Assembly (NCBI GenBank): GCA_041690135.1
Contig: JAWLHY010000010.1
Span: forward strand, 1-64,000
Reading direction: 5' to 3'
DNA length: 64,000 nucleotides
Origin: Armatimonadota bacterium
Lineage (GTDB): Bacteria; Armatimonadota; SYMT01
How positions within the stretch are numbered: position 1 is the stretch's first letter; each line of letters opens with the position of its first letter. Shown here piece after piece: positions 48,682-57,943 of the stretch. The translations under genes and the position numbers were made by a program. Below the pieces are notes generated by a model. It was not told the DNA's origin. It worked only from the letters and a program-made list of their open reading frames with translations, and made no database searches.

Positions 48682-48935
48682 GCCCGCCTGGCGGAATGGG
48701 CGCGGATGAGCTGCCGCCTGATCCCGAATGGAGTGGACCGGCCCGGTCCGGCCCGAACGACGACACCGCAAGGTGCCGCCGTTCGGGTTGCACGGGGATG
48801 GAACCCTGCATCGTCCCCGCCCCATGCTTTCACGTTCCACGGTTCACACTTAAGCATCATGCCTGCGATGCACGAGAACCCGGTTATTGTCTTTGCGCCC
48901 TTCTTCAACGACGTACCGATACTCGCACAAGAAAG

Positions 48936-49925
48936 CTAGCTGGTGAAGCGTACCGGGGTGCCGGTGCTAACCATTCCGGCCAGTTCCTGGGCATCCCAGT
49001 TGGTCAGTCGCACGCAGCCATGCGAGGCCTGTTTGCTGATTCGTGACGGCGTGGGAGTGCCGTGGATTCCATACCCCTCTTTGGATAGGTCGATCCAAAC
49101 GATGCCCACCGGATTGTTAGGTCCCGGCGGCACCTTGAGCACTTCCCCTTCTTCCAGGTCTGCATACTCCAGATCCCCGCTGTAGGTGAACACCGGCCGC
49201 TCCGCAATTCCATTGACCTCCAGGTCGCCGGAAGGCGAGGGGAACTGGTTACTCCCCACCGTCGCCGGATAAAAGGCGATGAGCTGCCCATCGGTCCCGT
49301 AGGCTTTCACAGTCTGGTTGTTGCGATCCACCATTACGGTCTTGATCTCACCGGCCGGCTGGCGGTCGAGCACATTGGCTACGGTGATCTGGGTTCCCGC
49401 GCTACCGAAGTCCACACCTGGGTTCAGGTCCTCCAACAGGTCCTGGTCCATGTGGAACTTCTCCGCCAGGAGTTCGGCGGGAGACGTGTAGGGCATCCGC
49501 TCCATCTCCGCCATTTCGGTCATCTGATTGGGAATCGACTCCGCGAATGGGCCGTTCGCGTCATCTTCGGAGATGGTGTAGGTCGTCAACACGGGCGCAT
49601 TGCCGCCTTTGCGTAGCAGCGCCTCCCACGTCTGCCGGTCGAGGTTCCCTGTCCGGGGCAAGCCGTTTACGTATTGGAAAGCCCGCAATGCCTTGCGGGT
49701 ATTACCGCCGTAGTAGCCGTCAATGACCCCTGGTGAGATGTAGGCGCGGTCCAACAGAATCTGCGCCTTGGTCATTATTCCCTGTGGCCCTCCGCCCTGC
49801 CGGGCCTGTGGGCTGAACTCCGCCTGCCGGACTTCCTCCGGATTGATCTGAGCCCATGCGGGCGTTGCGCCACCCACGAGCGCCACCGCACCGATGGCCC
49901 CCAGGATCTGCCTCCACTGTTTCAT
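48936..49925 (-). CDS. L,D-transpeptidase with peptidoglycan-binding domain
   Basis: IDGYYGGNTRKALRAFQ, PPGPNNPVG, YGIHGT, SHGCVRLTNWD; ATG 49925 overlaps the upstream stop. Confidence 0.93.
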   Translation of the reverse strand: MKQWRQILGAIGAVALVGGATPAWAQINPEEVRQAEFSPQARQGGGPQGIMTKAQILLDRAYISPGVIDGYYGGNTRKALRAFQYVNGLPRTGNLDRQTWEALLRKGGNAPVLTTYTISEDDANGPFAESIPNQMTEMAEMERMPYTSPAELLAEKFHMDQDLLEDLNPGVDFGSAGTQITVANVLDRQPAGEIKTVMVDRNNQTVKAYGTDGQLIAFYPATVGSNQFPSPSGDLEVNGIAERPVFTYSGDLEYADLEEGEVLKVPPGPNNPVGIVWIDLSKEGYGIHGTPTPSRISKQASHGCVRLTNWDAQELAGMVSTGTPVRFTS

Positions 49926-51193
49926 TGTCCCTGTCTCCCTTCCGTGTTCCTTTTCTCGTTTTGCTCTTCTCTTTCCGTTGCGTCTCCCAACTCCTCCGGG
50001 GGCGACATCTTCGCGGCCGGCCCCTCTATGGCAAGGTCGGGGTTGGACACTTCGGCGGCCGGCAGGTAGAAGTGCATGATGTCCCCGCTGCCGTTTGCCA
50101 TGTCCGTGCCGCCCCACATGATCCCCACTTCGCCCAGGGCACGAACCAGCTCCTGGGACAGGTTCATAAAGCCAAACTCCGGAGCCCGGTACTGCGCGTC
50201 GCCCACGAAGGGCCGTTCCGCTTCGCCCAGAGGTTGCGGGTCGGGATAGGTGAACCCGGCAACCGGCGGCCCGGCGCGCCCCGCCAGCGTTACGTAGTCC
50301 TGCAGCATCTGGCGTTGGAGCGCATCCGCCGTGATCTCCTCCCCTCCGGGTAGGATCTCATTCCAGAAGGCAGGCGGCGCCGGGTCCGTAATGGCTTGCA
50401 GGTGGCGATCGATCTCCGGGCGATCCTGCATCAGGCGGAAGTAGGCAATCATCGCGCGGCTCTCCTCTTCCAACTGTTGGAAGAGGCGCATCCGCCGCTC
50501 CTGGCTCGGCGGCCAGGTGGTGATTTCTTCGGGAATTACCGAATCGCGGCCCAGCATCAGGCGAGCGATGCGATGATAGACCTCGCCCAACTGGCGGTTG
50601 AGTTCGTCCTCCCCCTGCTCGTGCATGATGTAGGGGTTGCGGAAGTAGTTGATGTCGATCGCCAGACCACGCGAGTGCGCACGGCTGCCGGGCCGATAGC
50701 CGGAGATGGTCCGTACCCCCCAACGTCCCTGGTCGCTGGCTCCCGATGACTCCACCTGTGCGAGAAGTCGTTCTGCTTCCAGGAGCCGATCCCGCATCTC
50801 CGGGTGCAAGCCGTAGACGGTGGTGCCAAAGACTTCTACATCCACGAGCGCCTCCGGGATATCGGTACGCCTCGGCGCCGCGGGCAATTCGCCGGGCGGC
50901 GGGGGCGTCGGTAACGGAGGCGGTGCGATCTGGCCGGCCCCCGCCGTTCCGTTGGGTCCCTCGCCGGTGGAATCCGTGGGGTCTTCGGGGCACGTTTCAT
51001 GCATCTCGGAATTCGTCGCGTAGGCCTCTCCCTGCGGCGTCGCGCGGACGACCTCCTCCGGCAGAGGCAGCGCCTCACATCCCCCCACCAGTACCGCCGC
51101 GCTGACGGTGAGCACGGTCCATACGCCAGTCGCCGTCCGGCGCACCGAGCCGGGAAGGTGGTGTCTCCCGACATTTGGTGTTCCTTGTCTCAT
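49922..51193 (-). CDS. probable lipoprotein, M15-type (D-Ala-D-Ala) metallopeptidase
   Basis: lipobox-like LVGGC, SGYR..SRAHSRGLAIDIN, WGG...DIMHF; GGAGG RBS. Confidence 0.8.
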   Translation of the reverse strand: MRQGTPNVGRHHLPGSVRRTATGVWTVLTVSAAVLVGGCEALPLPEEVVRATPQGEAYATNSEMHETCPEDPTDSTGEGPNGTAGAGQIAPPPLPTPPPPGELPAAPRRTDIPEALVDVEVFGTTVYGLHPEMRDRLLEAERLLAQVESSGASDQGRWGVRTISGYRPGSRAHSRGLAIDINYFRNPYIMHEQGEDELNRQLGEVYHRIARLMLGRDSVIPEEITTWPPSQERRMRLFQQLEEESRAMIAYFRLMQDRPEIDRHLQAITDPAPPAFWNEILPGGEEITADALQRQMLQDYVTLAGRAGPPVAGFTYPDPQPLGEAERPFVGDAQYRAPEFGFMNLSQELVRALGEVGIMWGGTDMANGSGDIMHFYLPAAEVSNPDLAIEGPAAKMSPPEELGDATEREEQNEKRNTEGRQGQ

Positions 51194-51364
51194 TCCTGTC
51201 CTCCGGTACGCCCGTTTTACCTGAATCGGAGAAGGCCCAACCTTTCCACGACGACAAAGCAGGAGACACAACTGCAGCCCGAGCGGAGACCGATTGAGGG
51301 ACGAACGACTTGGGTAAGCCCCAGTTAAGGCGGAAACTGTAGCCCGCCGGAAAGGAACGAAAAG

Positions 51365-51520
51365 ATGTGGGGAGTGCTTTGGACGATTATCGCGGTGCTG
51401 GTGGTCCTCTGGATCGTTGGGTTGGTCCTGGACCTGTTTAGCCCCATCCTGCACCTGCTGCTGGTTGTAGCCGCGGTGCTGTTTGTAATCAACATGTTCA
51501 TGGGGCGGACGCGGGTCTAG
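51365..51520 (+). CDS. 51-aa lmo0937/DUF5670-like small membrane protein (below ORF-track cutoff)
   Basis: MWGVLWTIIAVLVVLWIVGLVLDLFSPILHLLLVVAAVLFVINMFMGRTRV*; AAAGGA RBS. Confidence 0.85.
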   Translation: MWGVLWTIIAVLVVLWIVGLVLDLFSPILHLLLVVAAVLFVINMFMGRTRV

Positions 51521-51535
51521 CTTTCAGACCGCATG

Positions 51536-52127
51536 GGGTGCGGTTTGGCGGGATCTGGGTTGGCAGGTTGAAGCCCCCCTCGGGGGCCAAGGGGTGAAAG
51601 TTGCTCCGGATCCGGCGCTTGGTACGGTTCGATAAGACCGGGATCCGAGTCGGAAACTTGAGATCCGTCAATCCCCAGCAGGCCTCTCCGGGCTTGGCGT
51701 AATCAGGGCCGGCAGTTCCGTCGGGCTGAAGCGTTTCGCCGTGAGACCTTCAATCCTGACCCCGTAACAGCCGAACCGAATAAGCCGCTGCCGCTGGGCT
51801 CCCAACCTGCCACCTGCCAACCCTCAGCCCTGATTAAATCCCGCGAAGCCGCACCCCATTCTGGCCGCAGGGGTCCCCAACCCCTGGCCCCCAAGGGGGC
51901 ATCAACTTTCAACCTTCAACGCTTGGCCCCCGAGGAGGGCTTCAACCTTCAACCTTCAACCCTTGGCCCCCGAGGGGGGCTTCAACCTTCGACCTTCGAC
52001 CTTCAACTCACAACTCAGATCTCATCGCAGCAAAACCGTACCAGCCTCAGCGACCCGAATTCCTAACCTTCAACTTTCCAACCTTCCAACCTTCAACCTG
52101 CAACCCAGATCCCGCCAAACCGCACCC
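51536..52127. mobile_element. MITE-like non-coding element bounded by 38/37-bp inverted repeats
   Basis: 51536-51573 is the reverse complement of 52091-52127 apart from one deleted base; interior holds heptamer arrays and four hairpin inserts; no TSD seen. Confidence 0.55.
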
Positions 52128-52131
52128 ACTC

Positions 52132-52160
52132 TTGACTCCATGCATAGACGCTCGTAAACT
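52132..52160 (+). promoter_or_regulatory. pyrG promoter TTGACT-N17-TAAACT
   Basis: near-consensus boxes with 17 bp spacer, 58 bp before the GTG. Confidence 0.7.
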
Positions 52161-52218
52161 GGCGGGTTGGAATGGCCCACTCCGGGCCTTTTAAGCAACT
52201 GGACCTGGTGAAAAGCAC

Positions 52219-53859
52219 GTGACTGACAATACCCGCTTCATTTTCGTCTCCGGAGGGGTCGTGTCCGGGCTCGGGAAGGGCATTACCGCCGCTTCTCTCG
52301 GACTGCTTCTCAAGGCGCGTGGATTCAGCGTCTCGCCGATCAAGTGCGACATGTACGTCAACCTGGACGCGGGGACGATGAACCCCACCATCCACGGCGA
52401 GGTCTTCGTGACCGACGATGGCCTGGAAGCGGACCAGGACCTGGGCCACTACGAGCGCTACCTCAACCAGGACACGAGTCGTGCCAACTACGTGACCACC
52501 GGCCAGATCTACTACTCCATCATCCAGAAGGAGCGAGAGCTGGCTTACGAGGGCAAGTGCGTCGAGGTGGTGCCCCACGTTCCGGAAGAGATCATCTCCC
52601 GTATCACGCAGGCGGCCAACGGCGCGGAGTTCGTGATCGCGGAGTTCGGCGGCACGGTCGGCGAGTACCAGAGCGAAGTCTTCCTGGAAGCCACTCGTAT
52701 CATGGCGAAGCGGCTCCCGGGCCGGACCGCCCACATCCACGTCTCTTACTTCCCCTACCTCGATAGCCTGGGCGAGTTGAAATCCAAGCCGACCCAGCTC
52801 TCCATCCGCAAGTTGAACGAGTGCGGTATCCTCCCCGATTTCGTGGTCGCGCGCTCGGCACGGGCCGTGGATACTCCCCGGTTTACGACCCTTTGCCAGA
52901 ACTCGAACCTGGAGCCGGACCAGATCATCTTCAGCCCGGACATGCAGTCGGTCTACCAGGTGCCGATGAAACTGGAGGAGCAGGAGTTCGCCCAGAAGCT
53001 GCTTCGCCGGCTGGGCGTGAACGTGATCCCCCGTCCGCGCATCCAGGAGTGGGAAGACCGCGTCGCCAGGTTCCTGGCGCCCAACAAGCAGGTGCTCAAG
53101 GTCGGCATCGTGGCTAAATACCACGCGGTCGGCGACTACTCTCTCTCCGATGCCTATGTCAGCGTGGTGGAAGCGCTCCATCACGTGGAAGCGATCGCCG
53201 ACGTGAAAGTCGAGATCGACTGGGTGGACGCCGAGGACCTGCGCACGGTGAAGGATGCCGCCGCCCGCCTGGCGAGTTGCGATGGGGTCATCATCCCGCA
53301 GGGCTGGGGCTCGCGCGGCGCCGAGGGCAAGATCGCGGCCATCCAGTACCTGCGCGAGAACAACGTGCCTTACTTCGGTCTCTGCTACGGCATGCAGATG
53401 GCGGTGATCGAGTTCGGGCGCAACGTGCTGGGTCTGAAGAATGCCAGCAGCGAGGAAGTGAACCCCTCCACCCCGCACCCGGTGGTGCACGTGATGCCGG
53501 AGCAGGCGGAGATCATCCGCCAGAAGCGATACGGCGGCAGCATCCGGGTGGGCGCCTACCCCTGCCGGACCTCCGAGGGCTCCCGGCTCCGCGAGCTTTA
53601 CGGCTCCGAGGTGATCAGCGAGCGGCACCGGCACCGGTACGAGTTCAACAACGAGTACCGCGCGCAATTCGAAGCGGCGGGGCTGGTCTTCTCCGGGCAG
53701 TCGCCGGACGGGAAGTTGGTCGAGGCCGTGGAATTAACGGATCACCCGTTCTTCGTAGGCGTCCAGTACCACCCCGAGTACAAGAGCCGCTTCGAAGATG
53801 CGCATCCGCTCTTTGTCGGCTTCATCGAGGCCTGCCGCAACCGCGCCGACAACCGCTAA
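52219..53859 (+). CDS. pyrG: CTP synthase
   Basis: GGVVSGLGKG, HGEVFVT, DLGHYER, KPTQ, GLCYGMQ, ERHRHRYE, VQYHPE. Confidence 0.97.
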   Translation: MTDNTRFIFVSGGVVSGLGKGITAASLGLLLKARGFSVSPIKCDMYVNLDAGTMNPTIHGEVFVTDDGLEADQDLGHYERYLNQDTSRANYVTTGQIYYSIIQKERELAYEGKCVEVVPHVPEEIISRITQAANGAEFVIAEFGGTVGEYQSEVFLEATRIMAKRLPGRTAHIHVSYFPYLDSLGELKSKPTQLSIRKLNECGILPDFVVARSARAVDTPRFTTLCQNSNLEPDQIIFSPDMQSVYQVPMKLEEQEFAQKLLRRLGVNVIPRPRIQEWEDRVARFLAPNKQVLKVGIVAKYHAVGDYSLSDAYVSVVEALHHVEAIADVKVEIDWVDAEDLRTVKDAAARLASCDGVIIPQGWGSRGAEGKIAAIQYLRENNVPYFGLCYGMQMAVIEFGRNVLGLKNASSEEVNPSTPHPVVHVMPEQAEIIRQKRYGGSIRVGAYPCRTSEGSRLRELYGSEVISERHRHRYEFNNEYRAQFEAAGLVFSGQSPDGKLVEAVELTDHPFFVGVQYHPEYKSRFEDAHPLFVGFIEACRNRADNR

Positions 53860-53913
53860 CCAACTGGTTGAAGGTTCCAGCCCCCCCTCGGGGGCCGGGA
53901 GTTGAAAGTGGAA

Positions 53914-53947
53914 AGTTCAGGGGTCTCGCATGCGAGACCCCTGAACT
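53914..53947. terminator. 34-bp perfect palindrome downstream of pyrG
   Basis: agttcaggggtctcgca|tgcgagacccctgaact; no clear U-tract. Confidence 0.55.
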
Positions 53948-54117
53948 CATGGCGGACGGGTCAGGATCTGAGTTCGCACCGGGGGATGTAGGGCGGGATC
54001 TCGGTCCCCGCCTGGCTATGGATTTGCACCCGTGGTGGAAGTTGGTGGTAAATTCGGATTGATCGGCTGCAGCGCATGCGTCCGTAGGGATTGGACTGCA
54101 GCCGAAACACTTTGTGC

Positions 54118-54296
54118 GCAGTTGCACTGCGCCGCTCCTGACCTGGGGTTTGGCATTGGCGATCCGGGTGATCCGGGACGACTGCTGCACCATGGGCCCC
54201 CGCAGTGCAACCCCACACCCCTGCGGGGTACCCGGTCGTATGGCTGCAGGACGAACCACCCACTTCGTAGGTACCCGACGCGGGCTGTGCAACTGC
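54118..54296. repeat. GCAGTTGCACTGCG inverted repeat whose right arm is split by a nested insert
   Basis: GTGCAAC direct repeats at 54205-54211 and 54287-54293 flank two GGTACCCG hairpins. Confidence 0.65.
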
Positions 54297-54400
54297 CCGC
54301 GATCGAATTTCCAACCACATCGTTCGGGCGGCTGCGCCAACCCCTGCCAGCCCCTGGGCTCGCACTCGCCCCCGGACCTTACCCCGACACAACGCCCGAG

Positions 54401-55585
54401 TTAACGCCGTAGACTCTCCCACCAGATGATGTTCTTGCTGTTCTCGCCGGCTTGAATCAGGTCGAGATCGGTATCTCCGTCTAGATCCACGGCCCGGATG
54501 TCATTTCCGGATTGGGTCGCGTCGAGTTCGCGCCGGGTGAACTTTCCTTTGCCATCGTTCTCGAACCAGGCGGTCCGGCCATTCGTCCGTCCAGCACTGA
54601 TGACGTCGAAGTCGCCGTCTTTATCCAGGTCCGCCACCTCGATCGTGTGGGGACCTTCCAGCCAGCCCTCGTCGATAACCCGTTCTTCTTGCCAGCGGGG
54701 CCCGGCCAGCCACCCGATGCCGGAGGCGTGCCCCCGCGAATAGAGCAGGTCCCACTGGCTGTCGTTGTCGGCCTGGAACGGGATGCAATGCGTCGCGCCG
54801 GGAATCTCCTCGCGGATCACGTGTTTGGTCCAGATCAGGGTCGCGTCCGCCGGGCGCTCCCACCACGCCAGGTAGCCGCCTTTGGCAGCCGCGGTCACGA
54901 TGTCACGGTCGCCGTCCTTGTCCAGGTCCACGAACGAGAGGTAGTGGATCTCACCCCCGGCGCCGGAGCGCGCCAGGTACTTCCGCTCCCACATCGGGCG
55001 CCCCGCCGCCTCGCCGCGGTAGCTTGCCGGCAGTGCGCCCTGCGGGTTCCGGGGAATGGAGTACCACACGATCGCTCCCTCGTGAGCGGCGATCAACTCC
55101 GGCCGGCCGTCCCGGTTCAAGTCTTCCAGCGCCTCGAAGTGCACGCCCGGCAGGTTATCGATGAGGTGCCATTTCCACGGCTGCGTCGGGTCGGACGGGC
55201 ACTCGTACCACGCCAGGTTGCCGTTCGCGAGAGTGTGCGAGAGGAGATCCAGGTCCCCATCCCCATCCATGTCGTGCGTCGTCAGCCACGCCGACCAGAC
55301 CGAGCCGGTTTCGTCTGTGCGCTGCTGGATCACGTGCTTGCGCCAAAAACTCGGACGGGTACCCCGATCGAACCAGGCGACTTCCTCGTTGGAGGCGGCA
55401 GCGACATCCAGCTTGCCGTCCTTATTGAAGTCCGCCGCCACCACGCTGCCCGTCGCCGGACCGAATGCAATGATATGCTTCCGGAACCGCAGCCCGGAAC
55501 CCTGGGCCTTCACACCCTCTCCCGTAACCAGGCCACCCGCGACCACCGCGGCCAAACCCGCAACGCACCAACTTCGCTTTTTCAC
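54401..55585 (-). CDS. exported FG-GAP/VCBS repeat protein
   Basis: repeated D(F/L/M)DxDGDxD(L/I/V) motifs, signal peptide. Confidence 0.92.
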   Translation of the reverse strand: MKKRSWCVAGLAAVVAGGLVTGEGVKAQGSGLRFRKHIIAFGPATGSVVAADFNKDGKLDVAAASNEEVAWFDRGTRPSFWRKHVIQQRTDETGSVWSAWLTTHDMDGDGDLDLLSHTLANGNLAWYECPSDPTQPWKWHLIDNLPGVHFEALEDLNRDGRPELIAAHEGAIVWYSIPRNPQGALPASYRGEAAGRPMWERKYLARSGAGGEIHYLSFVDLDKDGDRDIVTAAAKGGYLAWWERPADATLIWTKHVIREEIPGATHCIPFQADNDSQWDLLYSRGHASGIGWLAGPRWQEERVIDEGWLEGPHTIEVADLDKDGDFDVISAGRTNGRTAWFENDGKGKFTRRELDATQSGNDIRAVDLDGDTDLDLIQAGENSKNIIWWESLRR

Positions 55586-56081
55586 CCTACCGGCTCCTTC
55601 TCTGCTTCCGACGCTTCCGCCTCATCTTCCACATGTACAGGTCGGCATCCCTCCCTCCGTGCCGTGGATCAGAAGCACTCCGCCGGGTGCAACGGTCGCA
55701 AATTGGCCCTCTCCCTCCGGTTGGTAGGAGTAGAACCAGGGCCGAGATCCGTAATGGATGAAAGGTAGAATGACGGTATCATGCCCGGAGTCCCGCTGCG
55801 AGGCGGGCCTTCGCGACCAGGAGAAAGGTGCTCGTGCTAATCGCTGGCAATTCTGCTTTGGATTGAGTGGCCGCCAAGGCGCCCGCAGCGCGAGGATGGA
55901 TGATGGATCCCGTGATGAAGATGGCGCATAGGATCTTGCGCTCGCATCGTAGAATCTCCGTTTCGGATAACCTACACCTCTCGCACCAGGAGACGGAGGC
56001 ACAGTCAGCCAGTAAGCGGAGGCGACGCGGGCATGGACGCCGGTCGCCTAGGGGTGCAGCGTCTCTACGAGCGAACGGATC

Positions 56082-57233
56082 ATGCGAAGCCGCCACGAAG
56101 GGCAGCGGTCCCTACAAGAAGCCAGGACGAAGGCGTCCGAACCTCCACCATTAACTCCACTGGATTGCGGCCGTACCCTCGATGACGCCCGCGCTGCGGA
56201 CTGCCGCTGGCGCCGCGACCACCTTGCCCGAATCCGCCGCCGCATCGCCTCCCTCTGCCGCGCGGAGCTCCACGCCGAACGCTGGGGCGTCGCCCTGTCT
56301 GTACTATTCCTCCTCGCGGCCATATCCACCATCCGCCCGCAGTCAGAGGCAGCCGAGATCCTCTCCAATTTCTACCGTTTGGTCTATCCTTCCATGGGCT
56401 TCGCTGCTGCGGGGCTCGGCCTCGTGGCTCTTGCACAATGGCTCCAGAAGCGCTTCCGCCACGAGACCCGCCGCCAGGGATTCAATATCGAAGACGGCTC
56501 CCATTCCGACGAGCCTCAACAGCGTGAGGCGCTTCCACGAGCCGCCGGGACCGTCGCCACGCTCCGCCGGATCCGGCTCGCAGTCGGAAGTGCGCTAGTA
56601 GGGCAGGTTCGCGCCCTATTGGTCATTGCAACGGCGATGGTTTTCTTCGCCCGAGACCCCGATCCTTTTGCTCCTACCTTTTTCTGGCTGCTGGCCGGCA
56701 CGGCCGGCACAGCCGTGCTCCAGGTCCTCACCGGCAGTGCGGCTTCCTGGTTGAACCGTGGAGACCGGTATGAGTCGGCGGATCCGGTAACAGTCCCGCT
56801 CTTCCGCTTCCAGCGAGCCGGAAGCCCCTGGACCTGCCCCGGCTGCGGCCAGAAGAATGCTTCTGCCCTGGCGCGTTGTCAGGGATGTACCGTCAGGTGT
56901 CCGGTCCGGAGCGTTCTTCTGCCGGGGTCTTTGGAGATCACCTTCCCGCACCGGCGTTGGAAGCGACGTTACGAAGGGATCAACCTGCTCCGCCCCCGAC
57001 GCCGAGCGGGCACTTTCACTGGCAGGTGGCGGTTGTTGATTTTGGCGGTGATGCTCGCCCTGACCGTAATCGTGGAGTGGCTGCCGAACTACCTTCCCGG
57101 TGTAGAGCTGGAAGGCTTCTACAAACTGGGACTACTGGCCTGGCTGGGATGCCTGGCGTGGAGCGTTCGTATCTGGAACGGGTCGCCGGAACCCGATCCA
57201 CTCGACTCTCTCCCTGCGGGGAAGCAGAAATGA
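56082..57233 (+). CDS. membrane protein with RanBP2-like zinc finger
   Basis: multiple hydrophobic segments, WTCPGCGQKN..LARCQGC; start uncertain. Confidence 0.65.
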   Translation: MRSRHEGQRSLQEARTKASEPPPLTPLDCGRTLDDARAADCRWRRDHLARIRRRIASLCRAELHAERWGVALSVLFLLAAISTIRPQSEAAEILSNFYRLVYPSMGFAAAGLGLVALAQWLQKRFRHETRRQGFNIEDGSHSDEPQQREALPRAAGTVATLRRIRLAVGSALVGQVRALLVIATAMVFFARDPDPFAPTFFWLLAGTAGTAVLQVLTGSAASWLNRGDRYESADPVTVPLFRFQRAGSPWTCPGCGQKNASALARCQGCTVRCPVRSVLLPGSLEITFPHRRWKRRYEGINLLRPRRRAGTFTGRWRLLILAVMLALTVIVEWLPNYLPGVELEGFYKLGLLAWLGCLAWSVRIWNGSPEPDPLDSLPAGKQK

Positions 57234-57943
57234 ACGCAAAAATGAACGATGGCCCGACCCCCACCTCCCGGCTCCCGAAGATTTCCGGCGCGCTGGCTAT
57301 CCTGTTCACCCTGGCGGCGCTCCTCCTCACCCTGCTCGGGGACCCACACCCGGACACGGCCGGGCAGATCGCGGCCCGGAACCAGCAGCTGAACCTGGGC
57401 CTCGTCGCGTGGGTGGCGGCGGGTGCACTCTGGGGCCTCGCCATCATCTCCTCCGCGCTCTCCCAGCCGCGCAGTCGCGACCGCCAGCAACTTCCGCCAC
57501 TCCTTCAGGCCCTCATTGGGATCCTCCCCCTGCTGCTGCTGGCGTGGCTGATCGGGTCGAGTATCCTGGCGCCCTCGCACGAGGACGATATCTGGGCCGC
57601 CATGACCCGCGGCGACAGCGCCGCGGTGCAGCGTCTGGTCCGCGACCACTCGGGGATGTCCGGCAGTCTCGAGGAGCAGGTGGTTCTCTGGAGCCTGGAG
57701 AGAGGCGATACGGAGCTACTCCGCCTCTTGCTGGACCGCGGCCTCGATCCGAACCGCGAGGTGCAATACGCACCCCTGTTGGTCCACGCCATCCGCCGCG
57801 GGGACCCGGCCCTGGTGCGCCTGCTGCTCTCCTACGGCGCCTCCCCCACTCAGCCGGACCGGGACCTGACCACGCCCCTGGAACATGCCGCCCAACTGCA
57901 GAACCCGGAGATCCTCCGGCTCCTCAAAGAACATGCCCGATGA
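57230..57943 (+). CDS. membrane-anchored ankyrin-repeat protein
   Basis: three TM segments, then GDTELLRLLLDRGLDPN, LVRLLLSYGASP, TPLEHA; ATGA coupling. Confidence 0.85.
   Translation: MNAKMNDGPTPTSRLPKISGALAILFTLAALLLTLLGDPHPDTAGQIAARNQQLNLGLVAWVAAGALWGLAIISSALSQPRSRDRQQLPPLLQALIGILPLLLLAWLIGSSILAPSHEDDIWAAMTRGDSAAVQRLVRDHSGMSGSLEEQVVLWSLERGDTELLRLLLDRGLDPNREVQYAPLLVHAIRRGDPALVRLLLSYGASPTQPDRDLTTPLEHAAQLQNPEILRLLKEHAR

Noticed and set aside
51870-52010. CRISPR array (repeats with 40-bp period)
   Set aside because: The would-be spacers are themselves TTCAACC repeats rather than unique sequence; only three units; no cas genes.
55779-56154. Short ORFs between the FG-GAP gene and the membrane-protein array
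   Set aside because: No recognisable motif, RBS or consistent coding signal on either strand.
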